Positions 45,280-53,777 of a stretch of 64,000 nucleotides of DNA are shown here, piece by piece. Position 1 is the first letter of the stretch. Each line of letters begins with the position of its first letter. The notes under the pieces are model-generated. The model was not told the DNA's origin. It searched no databases and worked only from the letters and a program-made list of their open reading frames with translations. Source of the DNA: Rhodothermales bacterium (GTDB lineage Bacteria > Bacteroidota > Rhodothermia > Rhodothermales > JABDKH01). The position numbers and the translations under genes were made by a program. The DNA lies in assembly GCA_013002345.1 (NCBI GenBank), contig JABDKH010000200.1, positions 664 through 64,663 of the forward strand, read 5' to 3'.

Positions 45280-47358
45280 GTGTCTACACGGAACCCTGCA
45301 CTGACACCCGAGACATCGCCCCCGCCCTCGTCCTTGACGCACAAGGTCGATGTCTCCGTGATCATTGTTAACTACAACGTGCGCGAGTTTCTCGAGCAGG
45401 CTCTGGCTTCGGTCCTCAGTGCAGCCGACGGACTGCGAGTAGAAGTCATCGTCGTCGACAACGACTCTGTCGATGGATCCGCGGAGTCTGTTCGAAACAA
45501 CTTTCCGCAGGTCCGCTTGATTGCAAACACGTCCAACGTCGGATTCGGCGCCGCGAATAATCAGGCGATCGAAGTATCGTCCGGCAGGTTTCTGCTGATC
45601 CTCAATCCTGATACGATTATTCAGGAGGACACGCTTGAGACGCTCGTCGACTTCATGCAACGTCATCCCGACGCGGGCGCGGTCGGTTGCAAGATTCTGA
45701 ATCCGGACGGCACGTTCGCTCGCGAAAGCCGCCGGGCCTTTCCTACCCCGCGAGTGGCCTCGTATCGCATCACCGGGCTGAGCCGGCTGTTCCCCCGTAG
45801 TCCCCGGTTCGGTCGATACAATATGACGTACCTGCCCATCGACGAGGTGGCAGAGGTGGACGCTCTCAGCGGCTCGTGTATGATGATTCGACGCACAGCC
45901 CTCTGCTCAGCCTACGGGGCCGAGTCATCCGGCCCGACTGATCAACGACTCGTCCGCCTGTTCGACGAGGATTTTTTCATGTATGGCGAAGATCTTGACC
46001 TGTGCTATCGAATACAGGCCGCCGGCTGGAAGATCTACTATACCCCCGAGACTCAGATCATTCACTACAAGGGAGAAAGCACGAGAAAGGGTGATCTTAG
46101 ATACGTTCGGCTTTTTTATGGTGCGATGTTGCACTTCGCTGACAAGCATTTTACAAAGCGCTCCCGCATGCTGCGATTCGGATTGCGGATGGCGATCGTC
46201 GTTCGGGCCACGATCTCCGTTGTCCGTCGAACAGTCCGGCGACTTGCCTTTCCGGCGTTGGATCTTGTTTTTGTTTACGCTTCGGTTGTGGGCATAGCCG
46301 CCGTCTGGCCCGCGACGGCGAATACGGCGTCGACCTCTCGATTCCTTCTGACAATCCCGCTCATTTACGCCGCTGCTGCGGTCGCAAGCATCCGCCTGGC
46401 CGGTGGCTACGAGCGTACGAGACAACGCCTCCGACCGGTTGCGATCGGCCTCACAGGTGCTTTCGCGTTTACCGCGTCTCTGTCGTTCTTTATCAAAGCG
46501 ATTGCGTTCTCGCGGCTCGTCATTGCCGTGAGTCTGGTCCCGGCCGCAATTCTATTGTTGGGATGGAGGATCGCGGTGAACAAACGGAACAGCGGCGTGA
46601 GGCGCGCGATCGTCGTCGGTGACAGCGCTGAAGCCGTTCAACTGGAACAGACGATTTCATCCCAGTATCGACCCCCGTTCGTCGTCGCAGGGTACGTCGA
46701 GAACGAGGCGGCCACGGATCCCGACGCAAGCATGTCCGTCCGCCGCCTGGGATCAATCGCGCAGCTGCGCGACGTCGTTCGCATTCATCGGATCGACGAC
46801 GTCATCTTCGCCACCAGTGGACTTTCAAACAGAACAGTGTTGTCGCTGATGCAATCGCTGAGGGACCTGCCGGTCGAATTCAAGACGCTGGTGCCAGGCG
46901 GGAGCCACGTGATCGGAAAGGCTCGTGTAGAGGACCTCTCTGTACCACTTGTCCCCTCCGAGATCACCCACGGCAGAGCAGCCGGTTTCGCAGGGCAAAA
47001 GCTTGCGCATCGACTCATCGCACTCATTGGCATTCTCCTGTGGCCAATTGCAGAGGTGTTGTCGGCCGTAATCTCAAGCCCGAGGTTGGCTCGCCTCACA
47101 AACAAACTGCGAATGACGCCTCGAGTCCTTTGGGGCAAGGACGCGCTGGTGGGATTTCTGCCGCATGACGAGTTCGTTCCACCCGATGAGTGGCGAATCG
47201 AGCGAGGGCTGTTTTCGGTGTCAGAAACCCTCCCGATCATCCACCCCGGTGCGGCAGACCTTGAGCGCGCCTGGCTATTCTACATGCATAATCGGTCGAT
47301 ATCTCTCGACATCGACATCATTGCAAGAAGTCTGAGACGCGATCAGGCAACTGACTGA
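45280..47358 (+). CDS. family 2 glycosyltransferase fused to a WbaP-like membrane/Rossmann scaffold with a degenerate sugar-transferase C-terminus
   Basis: 692 aa, GTG start. GT2 N-terminus (VSVIIVNYNVREFL, VVDNDSVDGS, FMYGEDLDLCYR). TM helices at about residues 300-440. RRAIVVGDSAEAVQLEQ Rossmann-like region. The C-terminus aligns only partly with the bacterial sugar transferase domain of ORF 50009-51397. Confidence 0.85.
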   Translation: MSTRNPALTPETSPPPSSLTHKVDVSVIIVNYNVREFLEQALASVLSAADGLRVEVIVVDNDSVDGSAESVRNNFPQVRLIANTSNVGFGAANNQAIEVSSGRFLLILNPDTIIQEDTLETLVDFMQRHPDAGAVGCKILNPDGTFARESRRAFPTPRVASYRITGLSRLFPRSPRFGRYNMTYLPIDEVAEVDALSGSCMMIRRTALCSAYGAESSGPTDQRLVRLFDEDFFMYGEDLDLCYRIQAAGWKIYYTPETQIIHYKGESTRKGDLRYVRLFYGAMLHFADKHFTKRSRMLRFGLRMAIVVRATISVVRRTVRRLAFPALDLVFVYASVVGIAAVWPATANTASTSRFLLTIPLIYAAAAVASIRLAGGYERTRQRLRPVAIGLTGAFAFTASLSFFIKAIAFSRLVIAVSLVPAAILLLGWRIAVNKRNSGVRRAIVVGDSAEAVQLEQTISSQYRPPFVVAGYVENEAATDPDASMSVRRLGSIAQLRDVVRIHRIDDVIFATSGLSNRTVLSLMQSLRDLPVEFKTLVPGGSHVIGKARVEDLSVPLVPSEITHGRAAGFAGQKLAHRLIALIGILLWPIAEVLSAVISSPRLARLTNKLRMTPRVLWGKDALVGFLPHDEFVPPDEWRIERGLFSVSETLPIIHPGAADLERAWLFYMHNRSISLDIDIIARSLRRDQATD

Positions 47359-47462
47359 AATAGGATCATTTAGTATTATTCCGTACGATTCGCCGGTTGT
47401 CGACAGTCATCCGGGGCCGAACTCCGGAATCGGCGCGAATCAAGCAAATCACTCGACGCTGA

Positions 47463-48527
47463 TTGATGTCTAAGCTCCAGGAACAGCATTTGTTGGATTT
47501 CGAGAGGCCGTTGCACGACCTCGAGCAGAAGCTCATCGAAATGCGATCGGTCGACGACGCCGACGTCGAGGTGGACCTCAGTCCGCAGATCGAGGCCCTC
47601 GAGAGACGCGTAGACGAGCTCCGGACATCGATCTACCGAAATTTGACGCGGTGGCAGCGGGTCCAGATTGCCCGACATCCGCTTCGGCCGTACACGCTCG
47701 ACTATATCGAGGCGCTGACCGACGGCTTCGTAGAACTTCACGGAGACCGTCTATTCATGGATGACCCGGCCATAGTCGGCGGGTTGACGAAGTTCAAGGG
47801 TTCGCGGTTCGGATATCGCGATCGGACTGTCGTGATAATCGGTCACCAGAAGGGTCGGGACACGAAGAGCCGGAAGTACCGTCGATTTGGCATGCCGAAT
47901 CCGGAGGGCTACCGCAAAGCACTGCGGCTAATGAAGATGGCCGCGAAATATGGCAAGCCTGTCGTCACACTCCTCGACACACCGGGCGCATTCCCCGGCC
48001 TGGAAGCGGAAGAGCGAGGACAGGCGGAAGCCATCGCACGCAATCTGTTCGAAATGGCGAGATTGCCGGTACCCGTCGTGGTTATCGTAATCGGCGAAGG
48101 AGCGTCGGGTGGTGCACTGGGGATCGGTGTCGGCAACCGCGTTCTTATGCTCGAGAACTCGTGGTACTCGGTCATCTCCCCTGAGAGTTGTTCGTCCATC
48201 TTGTGGCGATCGTGGGATCACAAGGAAGATGCAGCCCGGGCACTCAAGCTCACGGCACCCGATCTCGCCGAGGTGGGTATCATCGATGAGATCATCCCGG
48301 AACCCAAAGGTGGTGCGCATCGCAACGTCAATGCCACCTTCGATGCAGTGGGGCATGCACTTGCGAGCGCTCTCAAGAAACTGGAAAAAATGTCTCCTGC
48401 AAAACTCGTCTCCTCTCGAATCGAGAAGTTCGATGCCATCGGTGCATATGAAACGAGTCAGATCGGAGAGACTCCGGCTACTGCTCCGCTGGCGGACAAT
48501 CTGAAGGTTGATCGGCCCACGGACTAG
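47463..48527 (+). CDS. accA: acetyl-CoA carboxylase carboxyltransferase subunit alpha
   Basis: 354 aa. [38 protein letters not shown]. An ATG at 47466 immediately follows the TTG at 47463. Confidence 0.94.
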   Translation: MMSKLQEQHLLDFERPLHDLEQKLIEMRSVDDADVEVDLSPQIEALERRVDELRTSIYRNLTRWQRVQIARHPLRPYTLDYIEALTDGFVELHGDRLFMDDPAIVGGLTKFKGSRFGYRDRTVVIIGHQKGRDTKSRKYRRFGMPNPEGYRKALRLMKMAAKYGKPVVTLLDTPGAFPGLEAEERGQAEAIARNLFEMARLPVPVVVIVIGEGASGGALGIGVGNRVLMLENSWYSVISPESCSSILWRSWDHKEDAARALKLTAPDLAEVGIIDEIIPEPKGGAHRNVNATFDAVGHALASALKKLEKMSPAKLVSSRIEKFDAIGAYETSQIGETPATAPLADNLKVDRPTD

Positions 48528-48553
48528 CCGCGCGGATACGGCGGGAACGGACC

Positions 48554-48976
48554 ATGCTCTCTTTCGACTACCGGCACCGGGTACGCTATCGTGAATGCGA
48601 TCCCATGGGTGTCGTTTACCACACGCACTACCTCGACTACTTCGAGATCGCTCGAACAGAGGCCCTCCGGGACCTTGGTTTACCGTACGCCGAGCTGGAG
48701 GAAGCGGGAATCAGCATGCCGGTCACGGACGTTTCGGTGCAGTATCGCAGATCTGCAACCTATGACGATGTCCTTATTATCCGATCGATCTTTCCGGAAA
48801 CTGTACCGGTGGCAAGGGTAAAGATCGAATACGTCGTCTTCCGGGAAGACGTGCCAGACGACGTTATCGCGACGGGACATGTAACGCTGTGCTTCATGGA
48901 CACGGCCCGCGGGCGCCCCACCAGGGCTCCTCGACGCCTGGTCGAAATTATTGAGCGGGAACTCGCAAGAACCTGA
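48554..48976 (+). CDS. acyl-CoA thioesterase, YbgC/4HBT hotdog family
   Basis: 140 aa. RVRYRECDPMGVVYHTHYLDYFEIARTEALRDLG. Confidence 0.88.
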   Translation: MLSFDYRHRVRYRECDPMGVVYHTHYLDYFEIARTEALRDLGLPYAELEEAGISMPVTDVSVQYRRSATYDDVLIIRSIFPETVPVARVKIEYVVFREDVPDDVIATGHVTLCFMDTARGRPTRAPRRLVEIIERELART

Positions 48977-49882
48977 ATGCCGCAGATCGATCGACCCGAG
49001 TATATCTCCGATGAATATCTAACCGACGTTATCCGCACCGGCCTGGCGGAGGACGTCGGAGACGGCGACGTGACTTCGTTGGCCACCGTATCACCGGACA
49101 CACGCGCCGAAGGAGATTTCGTTTGCAAGCAGGACGGAGTATTGGCCGGCCTGTCGGTGGCCTCACAGGTCTTTCGGATGGTAGATGACAGCATTGGCGT
49201 TTCGTGGAAGATCTCGGATGGCGCGAACGTGAGGGCGGGCGATGTGGCGGGAACGGTCCGTGGACCCGCGATCAGCATTCTTACAGCCGAACGGCTCGCC
49301 TTGAACATCCTCCAGCGCATGGGCGGAATTGCGACGATGACACGAGAGATGGTGGATGCCGTCGCGTCGTATCGCACGAAGATTCTTGACACGCGAAAAA
49401 CGGCCCCGGGACTTCGACTCCTTGACAAGTGGGCGGTCCTCCTCGGTGGCGGGACAAATCACAGAATCGGCCTCTACGACATGATTCTCATCAAGGAGAA
49501 TCATATCTCGTCGGCCGGTGGAATTGAGAACGCCATCTCCGCTGCACGGAAGTACGCCAACAACAGCGCTACTCCGCTGAAGATCGAAGTTGAAGTCACG
49601 ACGCTCGATGAAGTGAGACGGGCGCTTCGGATGGGAGGGATTGACTATCTCTTGCTGGATAATATGACTTCGGTCGATCCTGACGGCCATCTTGATACGT
49701 CCCTGCTCACCGCCGCGGTCGAACTGGTGGACGGCGCAGTCGAGACGGAGGCATCCGGCAACGTGACTCTTGAGACCGTCACCCGCATCGCCCGGACCGG
49801 CGTGAACAACATCTCCTGCGGCGCATTGACCCATTCGGTACAGGCTCTCGACATCTCGCTACTGCTAAACCTCCACGATTAG
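48977..49882 (+). CDS. nadC: nicotinate-nucleotide diphosphorylase (carboxylating), quinolinate phosphoribosyltransferase
   Basis: 301 aa. AERLALNILQRMGGIAT, TRKTAPGLR, HRIGLYDMILIKENH, LLDNM. The ATG follows the upstream stop with no gap. Confidence 0.93.
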   Translation: MPQIDRPEYISDEYLTDVIRTGLAEDVGDGDVTSLATVSPDTRAEGDFVCKQDGVLAGLSVASQVFRMVDDSIGVSWKISDGANVRAGDVAGTVRGPAISILTAERLALNILQRMGGIATMTREMVDAVASYRTKILDTRKTAPGLRLLDKWAVLLGGGTNHRIGLYDMILIKENHISSAGGIENAISAARKYANNSATPLKIEVEVTTLDEVRRALRMGGIDYLLLDNMTSVDPDGHLDTSLLTAAVELVDGAVETEASGNVTLETVTRIARTGVNNISCGALTHSVQALDISLLLNLHD

Positions 49883-49904
49883 CCGCCAATTCGTAGAAGT
49901 GAGC

Positions 49905-49931
49905 TGCACGGGCTGTTATCTTGGCCGTGCA
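49905..49931 (+). terminator. possible terminator-like hairpin after nadC (no U-tract)
   Basis: tgcacgg (49905-11) pairs with ccgtgca (49925-31) around a 13-nt loop. It is 23 nt after the nadC stop. The downstream sequence is not T-rich, so support is weak. Confidence 0.25.
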
Positions 49932-50008
49932 ATTCATGGTCCTTTCGGGATCCTCTTCGGCGGAATCCGGACAGGTCATCAAACAGCCTCATCAACCAGA
50001 ACGATTTC

Positions 50009-51397
50009 ATGCTACAGGAGCATAGCCGACTGTTCCAGCGCATGATGTTCGCCGGCGATTTCGTGCTGACGATTGTCGCATGGATCCTGGCCTATCTCAT
50101 CCGGTTCGAGCTGCTCGTTCCCCCTGAGTGGGTGCCCTTCGAGCGGTATCTGTATTTGTTGCCGTGGGTTCTGATCGTCGCGTCGCTGGTTTTCTGGTCC
50201 ACGGGCCTGTATGCGGCTGACCGGGCTCAACGTATATCCAGCCTCGTCTTTGCGGTGGCGAAGGCGGTGGCCGTTGAATTGCTGGTTGTCGCCGCGTCCC
50301 TCTCTTTCTATCGAGCACTCTCCTTTTCCCGGCTGATGCTCATCCTGTTCGGGGTGCTGACCCCAACACTGATGATCCTCTACCGGCTCGCCATCTACTC
50401 CTACGTACGTCGGGCACGACGCCAGGGGAAGTTCGTGCGGCGCGTGCTGATTGTGGGAGCGGGAACAGTGGGTCGCAGACTCCAGCAAGCCCTGGAGCAA
50501 TTCCCCTGGATGGGCCTGGTCGTCGTCGGATTTGCGGACGACGAAAAGCAGGGCCCGGATATCCTGTCGGGGGTCGCGGATGTGGCACGGATCGTCGACG
50601 AATCACACGACACGGACGAGCCCGTCGACTACGTCTTCATCGCGTTGTCTCTGTCGGCGGCGGACCATATTGCCAATCTCATCGAAGACCTCTCAAGCCG
50701 CCTCGTGCACGTTTGCATGGTTCCGGACCTGTTTCAGTTTGATGTCCTGAATAGTCGGGTCACTCATCTTGCCGGGCTTCCCGTCATTCATGTGATTGAC
50801 GAGGCTCCGATTCAGATGGGTCGTTTCTGGAAACGGGCTGTCGATATCGTGTTTTCGGCCGTTGTTCTGACCCTCACATCGCCGCTTCTGCTTGTTCTGG
50901 CGATCGCGGTCAAGCTGTCATCCTCCGGTCCTGTTTTTTACCGGCAGGAACGGATGGGACTGAACGGGCGAAAGTTCCAGATGCTGAAGTTTCGCTCGAT
51001 GCCCGTGAATGCGGAGCGCGACACGGGTCCGGTGTGGGCCAAGGCTGGCGAGGCGCGCGCAACTCGGGTGGGCGCATTTCTGAGACGGTCGTCGCTGGAT
51101 GAGCTTCCGCAATTTATCAATGTGATCAGGGGCGATATGTCTGTCGTGGGTCCTCGACCTGAACGGCCGGTATTCATCGATGAGTTCAAGGAGCGAATTC
51201 CCGGATACATGTTGCGACACATGACCAAGGCAGGTATCACCGGCTGGGCTCAGGTTCACGGATGGCGTGGCAATACGTCACTCGAGAAGCGTATCGAATA
51301 CGACCTGTACTACATACAGAATTGGTCCCTCGTCCTTGATCTGAAGATTATGTGGATGACGGTATGGGGCGGACTCGCGAGCGAGAATGCGTACTAG
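50009..51397 (+). CDS. undecaprenyl-phosphate hexose-1-phosphate transferase (WbaP/WcaJ-type polyprenyl glycosylphosphotransferase)
   Basis: 462 aa. N-terminal TM bundle and Rossmann-like RRVLIVGAGTVGRRL. Catalytic domain PVFYRQERMGLNGRKFQMLKFRSM, DELPQFINVIRGDMSVVGPRPERP, YDLYYIQNWSLVLDLKI. Confidence 0.92.
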   Translation: MLQEHSRLFQRMMFAGDFVLTIVAWILAYLIRFELLVPPEWVPFERYLYLLPWVLIVASLVFWSTGLYAADRAQRISSLVFAVAKAVAVELLVVAASLSFYRALSFSRLMLILFGVLTPTLMILYRLAIYSYVRRARRQGKFVRRVLIVGAGTVGRRLQQALEQFPWMGLVVVGFADDEKQGPDILSGVADVARIVDESHDTDEPVDYVFIALSLSAADHIANLIEDLSSRLVHVCMVPDLFQFDVLNSRVTHLAGLPVIHVIDEAPIQMGRFWKRAVDIVFSAVVLTLTSPLLLVLAIAVKLSSSGPVFYRQERMGLNGRKFQMLKFRSMPVNAERDTGPVWAKAGEARATRVGAFLRRSSLDELPQFINVIRGDMSVVGPRPERPVFIDEFKERIPGYMLRHMTKAGITGWAQVHGWRGNTSLEKRIEYDLYYIQNWSLVLDLKIMWMTVWGGLASENAY

Positions 51398-52655
51398 CGG
51401 CATGATCAAGAGCCACGGACGGTGTTCCGTAAGGTCCGGGCGACCGACGAGAACTGCGTTCGCGCCGCGAACGCTCGGGATGATCGTGATGGCGTGCCTT
51501 CTCTGCACGGACGTCGCGCTGAGCCAGATCTATCGCCTTCCGAATCCAGCCGAGCGGGCCGGCGACTTTTTCGGGGTGTCGGTCGATATCGAGGGTCATC
51601 GTGCCGCAGTGGGAGCAAGTGGTGCTGACGGCTGCGGTGCGGATTCCGGAGCGACATACGTCTATGAATCAGACAGCACAACCGGCCACTGGAATCATGT
51701 GGCCACGCTAGTACCAGACGACTGCACGCCGGGAGATTTCTTCGGTAGATCGCTGGACATGAGCGGAGACCGCATCGTCGTCGCAGCGTTCAGGCCGGCG
51801 CATCTGGCGAATCGCCCGAATGCCGCCTACCTGTTCGAGCGCGACTCGCTGACGGGCGCGTGGATCCAGCGAGCACGGTTCACGGAGGTACCTGAACGCG
51901 AAGAGGGAGCGTACGCGGCAGCCGTTGCGATTGACGGGGACAACGTTCTGGTTACGTCGTCGGGAGACGCCATCAACGAACAGTACCACGGAACGGGATA
52001 CCTGTACCGGCCTTCGCCGAACGCGCCTGACACGTGGCGATTGACGCAACGGATTGTCCCGGCGACGAGTCCCTCGCTCGGGGTTTTCGGGTCCTCAGCC
52101 GTGATCCGGAATGATGTGATGGTCGTAGGTGCCTCTACCTACCTTGCAGCCCGCCCCGGCTCCGTCTATTTCCTCGGACTCGATGAGTCGACCGGTCGAT
52201 GGAAATTCCAGCAGCGATTTGGGGGCCTCGACGATTTCTTCCTTCCACTTGACGTCAACGGACGTCGAGCGATCGTCGGCGAGCGACGGGCTGGAAGTGA
52301 CGAATCCGGACGGGCGACGCTATTTGAACGTGACGCCGAAGGTGCGTGGATTCGATCGGGAGTTCTATACCCGGCGCGGGATTTCGAGTACGGAGCGTTC
52401 GGATCAAACGTCGCGCTGGGCGACGACCGAGCGCTTGTGGTCGGCTTCGACGAACAGCTTCGGTTCGAGTTCAACATCGACCGGGTCGTGTACGTGTTCG
52501 AGAAGACCGGACCCTCAGCATGGCGACAACGACACATCGTGGACGTGGGTGATGTTGCGTTCGGGTCTGATCTGGCCGTGGACGGGTCGCTGGCGCTGAT
52601 CGGCCAGGCCGCCGATTCAAAACCAGGCGCTGCGTACATCGTCCAGTTGCACTAG
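51387..52655 (+). CDS. secreted seven-bladed FG-GAP-like beta-propeller protein
   Basis: Seven repeats of the type FFGVSVDIEGHRAAVGASG, FFGRSLDMSGDRIVVAA, YAAAVAIDGDNVLVTS, VFGSSAVIRNDVMVVGAS, FFLPLDVNGRRAIVGE, AFGSNVALGDDRALVVG, AFGSDLAVDGSLALIGQ. The start is ambiguous (ATG 51387, 51402 or 51480); ATG 51480 gives signal peptide MIVMACLLCTDVALSQ. Confidence 0.8.
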   Translation: MRTSGMIKSHGRCSVRSGRPTRTAFAPRTLGMIVMACLLCTDVALSQIYRLPNPAERAGDFFGVSVDIEGHRAAVGASGADGCGADSGATYVYESDSTTGHWNHVATLVPDDCTPGDFFGRSLDMSGDRIVVAAFRPAHLANRPNAAYLFERDSLTGAWIQRARFTEVPEREEGAYAAAVAIDGDNVLVTSSGDAINEQYHGTGYLYRPSPNAPDTWRLTQRIVPATSPSLGVFGSSAVIRNDVMVVGASTYLAARPGSVYFLGLDESTGRWKFQQRFGGLDDFFLPLDVNGRRAIVGERRAGSDESGRATLFERDAEGAWIRSGVLYPARDFEYGAFGSNVALGDDRALVVGFDEQLRFEFNIDRVVYVFEKTGPSAWRQRHIVDVGDVAFGSDLAVDGSLALIGQAADSKPGAAYIVQLH

Positions 52656-52667
52656 AGGAATGACACT

Positions 52668-53618
52668 ATGAGACTTCGCGACTGCGCCGCTATTGCCAGA
52701 CTGTCGTGTCTTGCACTCGCATTCGTTCTCTTCTCCGGCTGCAAAACGATCGGAGTTGAGCAGAGCTCAGCCCCGTCATACGTTCGGGCGGCCGAGAACT
52801 ATCGCCACTTCAAGGATGCCGGTGCACTCTCCGCGTACCTGCGGTACTCATCCGATGCGGGTCCCCTTCTCAGCGCGCACCGCGGGGGTCCAACCCCGGG
52901 TTACCCGGAGAACTGCCTCGCAACCATGGATAGAGTCTTGCAGACGGCTCCGGCGCTGCTTGAAGTAGATGTACGCATGACAGCCGACAGCACTCTAATC
53001 CTGATTCACGACGACGAACTTGCACGGACGACGACCGGAAGCGGGTTGGTCGAGAAGCATTCGCTGGCGGAAATTCGTGCGCTTCTTCTGCGAGACGAGC
53101 GCGGGATCATTACCCCCTTTCGGGTTCCGACGCTTGCCGAGGCCCTGGACTGGGCTGAAGCACGTGCTGTTCTGACGCTGGACGTCAAGCCGGGCCTCGC
53201 TCCAGAGTTGCTCATCAACGCAATACGCAAGCACGAGGCGGGGGGACGTGTCGTCATCATCGTTTACAGTATCCCGGATCTGATGGCGTTCACAGGGACA
53301 GCTCCTGATCTGATGTACTCTGTGCCGGCAGAATCCGAGCGGGACCTTCTCGCGGCTCTAGACTCCGGTGTGGATGCCGAAAGAATCGTTGTGTGGACGG
53401 GAGTCGGCGAAATTCGACCTGAAGTGATTCGTCTGGCACACGCTCGCGGCATTCGCACCATGATGGGCACGTTCGGGGAAATCGACGAGCGGGCAGCCGC
53501 TGCGGGCGCGACGATCTACGAGGCCCTGCTGCAATCCGGAGTCGATGTCATTGCGACAGATCGCGTCGCGGATGTAGCCGGGGCGATCAACACATTCACC
53601 GGATTCGAAACTCCGTGA
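52668..53618 (+). CDS. glycerophosphodiester phosphodiesterase family lipoprotein
   Basis: 316 aa. Lipobox VLFSGC. GDPD motifs LLSAHRGGP..YPENC, LEVDVRMTADSTLILIHDD. Confidence 0.85.
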   Translation: MRLRDCAAIARLSCLALAFVLFSGCKTIGVEQSSAPSYVRAAENYRHFKDAGALSAYLRYSSDAGPLLSAHRGGPTPGYPENCLATMDRVLQTAPALLEVDVRMTADSTLILIHDDELARTTTGSGLVEKHSLAEIRALLLRDERGIITPFRVPTLAEALDWAEARAVLTLDVKPGLAPELLINAIRKHEAGGRVVIIVYSIPDLMAFTGTAPDLMYSVPAESERDLLAALDSGVDAERIVVWTGVGEIRPEVIRLAHARGIRTMMGTFGEIDERAAAAGATIYEALLQSGVDVIATDRVADVAGAINTFTGFETP

Positions 53619-53652
53619 CGATCCTGTCAGACGGGTTTTGCCTGTACTCGTT

Positions 53653-53732
53653 GCGACATGGCGACATGCAGGCCTGTCATTGCGGAATCATTAATTGTGT
53701 AGTTTGCACGACGTTCCTGGCGACATTGTCGC
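53653..53732 (+). promoter_or_regulatory. cluster of GCGACAT motifs (tandem pair plus palindrome) upstream of the SLC12-like transporter gene
   Basis: gcgacatg occurs twice in tandem at 53653-53668. The palindrome gcgacattgtcgc lies at 53720-53732. Both sit in the 159-nt gap before ATG 53778. Confidence 0.3.
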
Positions 53733-53777
53733 TGCACTGTGCCTCTCCCACGCAATCCACCACCCGGGCGCCAGCAG

